From contig CAXHJY010000673.1 in the NCBI GenBank assembly GCA_964016885.1, forward strand, positions 1 to 19,884: a stretch of 19,884 nucleotides of DNA, read 5' to 3'. This DNA is from Eledone cirrhosa (taxonomy: Eukaryota). The stretch's first letter is position 1. The number at the start of each line of letters is the position of its first letter. Under the pieces are notes generated by a model. It ran no database searches, was not told the origin of the DNA, and worked only from the letters and a program-made list of their open reading frames with translations. Positions 11,898-19,884 of this stretch are shown one piece after another. A program made the translations under genes and the position numbers.

Positions 11898-12320
11898 GTT
11901 GATTACATATTACACAAGCAATAACAAATCCAAGACATTGAAGAAATAAAGAATAAAAAATAATAAAAAATAAAAAATATTGAGGAAGTAAAAATAAAAA
12001 TAAACATTGAAAAATAAACATTGCAAAATAATTGAAAAATAAGGGGTGCTATCGGTCACAGTTGGGCGGGGTGCTGTCAACATACAGTTACATACAAGCA
12101 TACGCATGGATAAGAGTAGATAAGATAGATAGGAGTAGGTAAGAATAGATAAAAAATAGGTGAAAAATAGGTAAAAAATAGACATATAATATATATAAGA
12201 AATATAAAAAAATATAAAAAACATACATATAAAATATACAGATAATAGTGATACAGGGTAAGGAATGAAATAAAATAAAATAAAAATTATATAAAATAAG
12301 ATATAATATAATATAATAAT

Positions 12321-12360
12321 AATAAAATAAAATAAAATAAAATAAAATAAAATAAAATAA
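12321..12360. repeat. (AAAAT)n pentanucleotide microsatellite in A-rich low-complexity region
   Basis: aataaaataaaataaaataa..., about 8 units, with degenerate copies across 12265-12420. Confidence 0.85.
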
Positions 12361-12446
12361 ACTAAAATAATATAATATAAGATATAATTAAATAAAATTA
12401 AATAAAATAAAATAAAGTAAATTGAGATAAGATATATATTTTTAGA

Positions 12447-12575
12447 ATATATATATATATATATATACATATACATACATACATATATATATATATACAT
12501 ATACATACATATATATATATATACATATACATACATATATATATACATACATACACATACATACATATATATATA

Positions 12576-12606
<31 letters not shown>

Positions 12607-13384
12607 ACATATATATATACATACATATATATATACATACATATATACATACATATACATACATATATATATACATACATATACATACATATATATATAC
12701 ATACATATACATACATATATATATATACATATATATATACATACATATACATACATATATATATATACATATATATATACATACATATACATATATATAT
12801 ATACATATATACATATATATACATATATATATACATATATATACATATATATATATATACATATATACATATATATATACATATATATATATATACATAC
12901 ATATACATATATATATATATACATACATATACATATATATATATATACATACATATACACATATATATATATATACATACATATACATATATATATATAT
13001 ACATACATATACATATATATATATATACATACATATACATATATATATATATACATACATATACATATACATATATATACATACATATACATATACATAT
13101 ATATACATACATATACATATACATATATATACATACATATACATATACATATATATACATACATATACATATACATACATATACATATATATATACATAC
13201 ATATACATATATATATACATACATATACTTACATATACATATATATACATACATATACTTACATACATATACATACATATATATATATATACATATACAT
13301 ATATACATATACATACATATATATATATATACATATACATATACATATATACATATACACATATATACATATACATATATACAC

Positions 13385-13451
<67 letters not shown>

Positions 13452-13452
13452 C

Positions 13453-13500
<48 letters not shown>
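12447..13500. repeat. Compound (TA)n/(TACA)n microsatellite block 4
   Basis: Alternating TA/CA with no G on the + strand. Confidence 0.98.
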
Positions 13501-13501
<1 letters not shown>

Positions 13502-13502
13502 A

Positions 13503-14201
13503 ATAAATTATTAAAAAAATAATGAATAAACAAAGAAACAGTTCCTTATATTAAACAAAAAAAGTTCATTATTTTACGATCGTTTCTAGGACATATATGT
13601 GTTAGAATTGGTATGCATATTCAAAAGATCTATGTACAAAATTATACAAACTATCAGAGTGAATATACATACCTTCACATATATATGCTGTCTTCAGAAA
13701 TAATGATGCTTGTTTATTGATAATAACAACAATTCAAAATAATAGGTCTGTTTGGGAACAGATTTTAAATAGACCAATGAAATAAAGATTGAGATACATA
13801 AAAATTTATCAAGAAAATACAGTTAGGTGTGTATATATGTATGTAAGTACGCTCACAGATGTGCATAAAAGTGTATGCTCATATGTATACGTATAGTGAA
13901 AAAGTGTATGTAAATATAAAATTTAGGGCTAATGTATCTGTATGTCTGTAATCAACAGACAGAATATATATATATATATATATATCACAAGTATATGAAT
14001 ATTGAGGCGCTCACATAAACACGCCCACACACACTTACATTTAGATGCGGAAGTAAAAGAGGTAAGGGAGTATAGTAATTAAAGGAAAGTGTCAATCTCG
14101 ACATACATATAAAAATGTATCAATAAATTAGAAATAAAAAAATAATTTTTTTTTTTTTTTTTTTTATAGAAGGAAAAAACTCAAGAAAAGAAGACAAAAA
14201 A
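13503..14201 (+). repeat. Left arm of 699-bp inverted repeat
   Basis: Reverse complement of 17827-18525 from ataaattattaaaaaaataatg to ctcaagaaaagaagacaaaaaa. Only a handful of substitutions and homopolymer length differences were seen by eye (e.g. gatgcgg/gatgtgg, catatatgtg/catatacgtg). Confidence 0.96.
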
Positions 14202-14704
14202 GGGGGGGGGGTACGTACATACACAGACACGCATGTCTCACAAAAGAAACATTAAAAAAACATAAAAGAGAGACATAAAATATACATGCTTATATACACA
14301 CGCACATTTACACATCCATACGTTCGATACGTACATACATACACACACACATACACATACTTACACTCACGCATATTGACCTGTTTGTATGCACACACAT
14401 AAAAATAAGTAAAACATATACCCATACATATAAATATACACCTATATATATATATATATACACACACACATACCCATGTATATATACAACCACACACACA
14501 CTCAGACATACATATATATAGACATACACACACATATATACACAGTCAGACACACATCTCTACACATACATATATATGCATACATATGTATTTTTATACT
14601 CACATAGAAACACACATACATACATACACACTTACATACACATACACACATCCACGCTTACATATACATATAATTATTGGGGGGGGGGGGGGGGGTGAAG
14701 GGGG
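14202..14704. repeat. CA/TACA-rich low-complexity tract bounded by G-runs
   Basis: G10 at 14202-14211, a degenerate (CA)n/(TACA)n interior and G17 at 14679-14695. Confidence 0.75.
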
Positions 14705-14801
14705 ATTAAATTTATTAATGGGAAATAGTAAATATATAGGTTTCAAGGAACATAGAATACTAACCTGCAGTTAAAGCTTTATATGTGTTTACTTATATCT
14801 G

Positions 14802-15743
14802 TTTTAGGAAATGGTATTTGTAAGAAGGAAAGCCAAATTATGTATTTTAATATAAGTAGAATATTAATTATAGGTTAACTAAAATAAAAATAGTTAATAT
14901 ATTAATTTCTAATTAGGTTTATAATATTTAAAGCGGAATTTTGAAGTTAAACAGTAGTAGAGTATTAATTATAGCATAACTAAATTAAAAATAATTACAT
15001 ATATTTACATGATGGTATCAATTTTAGGAAATGAATTTTGTAAGAGGGAAAGCCAAATTAAGTAGTTCATCGGTAGTAGATTATTAATTATAGGTTAACT
15101 AAATTAAAAATTATATATTAATTTCTATAGTATATGTTAATTAGGTTTATAATATTTAAAGCAGAATTTTGTATTTTATCTATAGTAGAATTTTAATTAT
15201 AGGTTAACTAAATTAAAATTAATCTATATATTAATTTGTAAAGTATATATTAATTAGGTATATATTTAAAAGTTTTTCTCAGTTTATGATTACACGATAT
15301 TTTGCATTTCATTTGTATTAGAATTTTAATTATAAGTTAACTAAATTAAAATTATAGGTTAACTAAATTAAAATTAAATTATATATTAATTTCTAAATTG
15401 TATATTAATTTGGTTTATAATATTAAAAAGTTTTTCTCCGTTTTTAATTACACGATATTTTGTTGTATTTCATCTGTAATAGAATTTTAATAATAGGTTA
15501 AATAAACTAAAATTAATCTATAAATTAATTTCTAAAGTATATATTAATTAGGTTAATAATATTTAAATGTTTTTCTCAGTTTATGATTATACAATATTTT
15601 TTATTTCATCTGTAGTAGAATTTTAATTAAAATTATAGGTTAACTACATTAAAATTAATTTATATATTAATTTCTAAAATATATATTATTAATTAGGTTT
15701 ATAATATTTAAATGTTTTTCTCAGTTTATGATTACACAATATT
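14802..15743. repeat. Degenerate AT-rich minisatellite (~110-150 bp units) in the PLE 3' region
   Basis: Core tagaattttaattataggttaactaaattaaaa recurs near 14857, 14967, 15076, 15186, 15319, 15480 and 15616. The motif ttaattaggtttataatatttaaa recurs near 14910, 15138, 15250, 15405, 15544 and 15689. Confidence 0.85.
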
Positions 15744-17826
15744 ATTAATTCCTGTTGCTTATTTAATAGGATATCCTTAGATTTCATTATTTCAAATAGT
15801 TCTTGGGAACACAATCTACATTCATTTCTATTATTTTGATAAGGGGTGGCTCTTTTGAGCACACTCCAGGTCATATCATATTCTATATTCCTCTTTCTAT
15901 AACTATTAATTTTTTCTGCTAGAGATGTTGTATTAGCCAGTGCGGCATTTTTAAAAAAACTATGTTTGTGGGTATTAAATCTTACCTTAAAATTGTTAGA
16001 AGTAGCTCCTATATATATGAGCAAATAGAATCCTTAGTTTTAACTTTACATTTATATACTATGTTGTTAACAAGACAATTTCCTTTTAATGGGCAGTTTG
16101 CCTTGTTTCTACAGTTACAACCTTTCGTTAATTCTGTATTTGAGGAGATATTATGGCTAGTTTGATGTACTGGTGGTATACTTATGGTTTTTTTACATTT
16201 ATATGCATTATAGGCACTTATATTTTGTTTTATGTTTTTGGTTGTTGAGTATGAGAATTTAACTGTTGATCTATTTAAGATTTGATGGTATTTGTGGTTT
16301 GGCGGGAAGTTTTTCTCTAGGATATTAAAGAATTTTTTAGGTATATTATCCTTAATTTGTAAATTAAATGGAGCATTATACCAAGTAACTCGTCTATTAC
16401 GGTTTCTATGTTGTTTATTGTTTTTATAGGATGCATCCTGATGTTTACTAGGAGGATTATTGTTAATGACCTCTCCACGCACATTTTTAGTTAGATTTAT
16501 TGATTTAGGTGTTTTAGCTTGTTTATTAGGAGTTTTATTATTAACATTTATTAGAGTTGTAGGATGAGTAGTTTTTTGAGAGTTACTATACTTTATATTA
16601 GAGGAGTTAGAGAAATTTGGTTTTATGTTGGTATTTTGGGGTATAGTGTGAGTGGCATTTAGGTGTGTACGTTTCATTTGGTGTTTGTTGGTAATATTAG
16701 GTTGTATGTTTATAGTGTTATTGGTAGAAGGTATATATTCCAATCTATTTTTGTGGCCACTTCTAGCTAGAGCTTCGTTATAAAAGGTCGCATTTTTATC
16801 AAATACATCTTGGTTAGACGAAAGGTTAGAAATTCTAAGTGATATATTATATGTAAGGTTTTTAAGGATAGATTTAGGGTGATTAGATTGTGAGTGTATG
16901 TAGTGTAAATTTTGGTTGGGTTTATGGTAAGGTTGGTAGATACCCGTAGCTAAGTCTAATGTTATATCTAGGAAATTAACTACTTTACTTGTGTTTTCAA
17001 AAGTAATATCTAGACTATAATAGTCTTTAAGGAAAGTTCTAATAAGCTTTTTGTTTTTTTCTATCCCTGAGAGGCTAAGGTTGTTGGAAAGAAGAAGACA
17101 GTCATCACGATATAAACCACCTTTAAGGTGGGGAAAGGAAGCATTTATGTTAAAAAGAAGAAAGAGGCCCACAAGATCAGTAATTTGGGCAGAATCGCTT
17201 GAGCCCATAGTAATATCAAATAGATTACTATATGTGTTTCTGGTCCAGTATTCATTCTGAAATTCAATTAGTGTTAGTCTAGCATGTGTAATAATATTAA
17301 TGTCATCCAAAGTTAAGTTAGATTTATTTTTAGCAAATATCAAAGCTTTGTTCAGGAGTATAGGTGATATAGAATAGTAATTATCTATATCAAATTGTAG
17401 AAATGAAGCAGAGGATTTACATCTAATATTATTAAACCAGTTAATTACCTGGGAAGTGTTTTCCCAGAGTGGTAAATTAACATGTTTTATTAGTTGTGGG
17501 ATGACTCTATCTAAAATTTTTTTGCTAATTATTCCAATATCTGATTTGGAGGGACATATAAGTCTTATAGAAGGATTAGAGTTAAAGTTTGATTTATGAT
17601 CTTTCAGGTTGAAGTGTGGTCTTTTCAATGCCAAAGGTTCAGTTCTATCTTCAATATTTAGTTTATTCACTGTTGCGTCTTTTGTTGTTGATGTTGGTGA
17701 GCGAGACATTATTTGTTTTTCTATAATTTTTCCTGAGTTCTTTATATATGAACTCATTGTAATTTTCAATATCCATGTGATATAGGTTTCCAGTTTTGAC
17801 CGAGTGGACATGGATTTTTTTTAGAT
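15689..17826 (-). pseudogene. Penelope-like RT-GIY-YIG polyprotein, two frameshifts, N-terminus missing
   Basis: RT motifs LKDHK, RLICPSKSDIG, FLQFDIDNYYSIS, FDITMGS, GLYRDD (17101-17112), VNFLDITLDL, YHKP and SNHP. Linker CNCx5CPLxxxC (16075-16119). Endonuclease IVYK...SYIG...FKVRFNTH...CRLCSQE...LLNKQQEL...CNH. Frameshifts at ~17682 (+1) and ~16014 (+2, TA slip) join ORFs 16009..17811 and 15689..16024. Confidence 0.9.
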
Positions 17827-18525
17827 TTTTTTGTCTTCTTTTCTTGAGTTTTTTCCTTATATAAAAAAAAAAAAAAAAATTATTTTTTTATTTCTAATTT
17901 ATTGATACATTTTTATATGTATGTCGAGATTGACACTTTCCTTTAATTACTATACTCCCTTACCTCTTTTACTTCCACATCTAAATGTAAGTGTGTGTGG
18001 GCGTGTTTATGTGAGCGCCTCAATATTCATATACTTGTGATATATATATATATATATATATATTCTGTCTGTTGATTACAGACATACAGATACATTAGCC
18101 CTAAATTTTATATTTACATACACTTTTTCACTATACGTATACATATGAGCATACACTTTTATGCACATCTGTGAGCGTACTTACATACATATATACACAC
18201 CTAACTGTATTTTCTTGATAAATTTTTATGTATCTCAATCTTTATTTCATTGGTCTATTTAAAATCTGTTCCCAAACAGACCTATTATTTTGAATTGTTG
18301 TTGTTATCAATAAACAAGCATCATTATTTCTGAAGACAGCATATATATGTGAAGGTATGTATATTCACTCTGATAGTTTGTATAATTTTGTACATAGATC
18401 TTTTGAATATGCATACCAATTCTAACACGTATATGTCCTAGAAACGATCGTAAAATAATGAACTTTTTTTTGTTTAATATAGGGAACTGTTTCTTTGTTT
18501 ATTCATTATTTTTTTAATAATTTAT
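17827..18525 (-). repeat. Right arm of 699-bp inverted repeat
   Basis: Reverse complement of 13503-14201; abuts the 5' break of the PLE coding region. Confidence 0.96.
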
Positions 18526-18656
18526 CTTGACTCTGTTTTCCGTTTATCTTTCACTGAAAGTGATTTTTGAATGCATCTCTTCTTTTCATGATATCTGGAT
18601 TACATTGAGTTCTTCATACGGATTGGACACTACCGTACACTTTTGGTAGATTTATC

Positions 18657-19477
18657 TATATACATATATATATACATACATATATATATATACATATATA
18701 CACATATACATATATACATATACATGCATATATATATATACATATACATACATACATATATATATATACATATACATACATATACATACATATATATATA
18801 TATATACATATACATACATACATACATATATATATATATACATATACATACATAAATATATATATATACATATACATACATACATATATATATACATATA
18901 CATACATACATATATATATATACATATACATACATACATATATATATATACATATATACATATATATATATATACATATACATACATACATATATATATA
19001 TACATATACATACATACATATATATATATACATATACATACATACATATATATATATATACATATACATACATACATATATATATATACATATACATACA
19101 TACATATATATATATACATATACATACATACATATATATATATACATATACATACATACATATATATATATACATATACATACATATATATATATACATA
19201 TACATACATATATATATATACATATACATACATATATATATATACATATACATACATATATATATATACATATACATACATATATATATATACATATACA
19301 TACATATATATATATACATATACATACATATATATATAGACATATACATACATACATATATATATATACATATATACATATATATATATACATATACATA
19401 CATACATATATATATATACATATACATACATACATATATATATATACATATACATATATATATATACATATACATAC
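18657..19477. repeat. Compound (TA)n/(TACA)n microsatellite block 5
   Basis: Regular higher-order units, e.g. the 24-bp unit tacatatacatacatatatatata repeated at about 19170-19335 (seen as repeated CMYMYIYI in the ORF track). Confidence 0.98.
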
Positions 19478-19884
19478 ATCATCATCATCAACGTTTAACG
19501 TCCGTGTTCCACGCTTGCATGGGTTTGGACGGGGGTAGTCCCACTTGAGGCAAGAGTGATTGTCTTGCTCGCATAGGACTGTCTGGCAGGTTTTCTACAG
19601 TTGGATGCCCTTCCTAACACCAACCACATTTACAGTGTGGGTCTGGGAGGTTTTTACCGTGTTGCCTACACGGCCACATTACAGCGTGGACTGTGTGTTT
19701 TTTTTGTCGTGACACCTACACGATCTCATTTGTTTCGGCCTGGATGGCGCGGCACCAACATAACTTTACATAGAACGGGGTGGTGTGGATGGGGTGGGGG
19801 TGGTGGTGGTGGGACGGGGTGTATTTTGTTAGAGATGCCTACTGGCTGGAGTAGGTTTTACTATATATTTAGGTAAGGCGGGTC
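19478..19884 (-). mobile_element. RTE-clade LINE family A, copy A4 (3' end; continues beyond window)
   Basis: (ATC)4 tail at 19478-19489, complete family A 3' UTR, stop codon at 19869-19871 and last codons TRLT*. Confidence 0.93.

Larger units (their letters stand above)
11716..12446 (-). mobile_element. Probable Penelope-like pseudo-LTR / 3' terminal fragment (non-coding, ribozyme-bearing)
   Basis: Non-microsatellite island bounded by TA tracts. It contains a minimal type I hammerhead of the kind established for Penelope-like elements, in the same orientation as the PLE ORF at 15689-17826. Its upstream part (on -) is T-rich low-complexity sequence. The link to that particular PLE is inference. 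Confidence 0.6.
13501..18656 (-). mobile_element. Penelope-like retroelement (RT + C-terminal GIY-YIG; probably Hydra clade), 5'-truncated with inverted terminal duplication
   Basis: PLE-type ORF, long AT-rich 3' region and a 699-bp inverted repeat, with both ends embedded in TA microsatellite. Outer boundaries are taken as the microsatellite junctions and are approximate. Confidence 0.8.

Noticed and set aside
11910-12446. F/Y/I/L-rich C-terminal part of ORF 11910..13454 as a membrane protein
   Set aside because: It is the translation of T-rich low-complexity DNA including (TTTTA)n, fused to microsatellite codons.
14802-15743. CRISPR-like repeat-spacer array
   Set aside because: The intervening sequences are homologous to each other, the repeats are degenerate, no cas genes are present and the context is eukaryotic.
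17855-17880. Poly-T plus AG on the minus strand as a splice acceptor feeding the PLE ORF
   Set aside because: It lies inside the duplicated arm, the two arms differ at this position, and no upstream exon or donor can be supported. It remains testable by RNA-seq.
18320-18372. Possible second hammerhead in the inverted-repeat arms (CTGAAGA...GAAG; mirror near 13655-13705)
   Set aside because: It has GAAG instead of GAAA, no proper stem II closing pair and no convincing stem I or III.
13503-18525. Inverted repeat as TIRs of a DNA transposon or Polinton carrying the ORF
   Set aside because: No transposase or integrase is present, the enclosed ORF is a PLE RT-GIY-YIG cut at the arm junction, and the right side extends 131 bp beyond the arm.
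122-19491. Dozens of long ORFs composed of Y/I/M/C/V or Y/I/H/T
   Set aside because: They are translations of alternating purine-pyrimidine repeats, which cannot contain stop codons. They overlap in all frames and have no domain content.

Overview
Eukaryotic, repeat-only window with no host gene. An octopus/cephalopod origin is my inference from recalled RTE tail motifs and is not verified. The backbone is one long, strand-polarised (TA)n/(TACA)n compound microsatellite (about 8.6 kb in five large blocks) interrupted by retroelement insertions. Four copies of one RTE-clade LINE (family A) lie at 3697-4186 (+), 7799-9900 (-), 10686-11691 (-) and 19478-end (-); the first three are 5'-truncated and the last is cut by the window edge. 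One copy of a related RTE family B lies at 6451-7794 (+), tail-to-tail with A2. Both families end in a conserved hairpin plus a (GAT)n tail and carry a PHD-type C4HC3 finger inside the reverse transcriptase. A Penelope-like element (RT plus C-terminal GIY-YIG, minus strand, probably Hydra clade) occupies 13501-18656, bracketed by a near-identical 699-bp inverted repeat and followed by a minisatellite built from the end of its own ORF. A separate non-coding fragment (11716-12446) contains a minimal type I hammerhead ribozyme at 11840-11897 (-). Nearly all Y/I/M/C/V/H/T-rich ORFs in the track are microsatellite translation artefacts.
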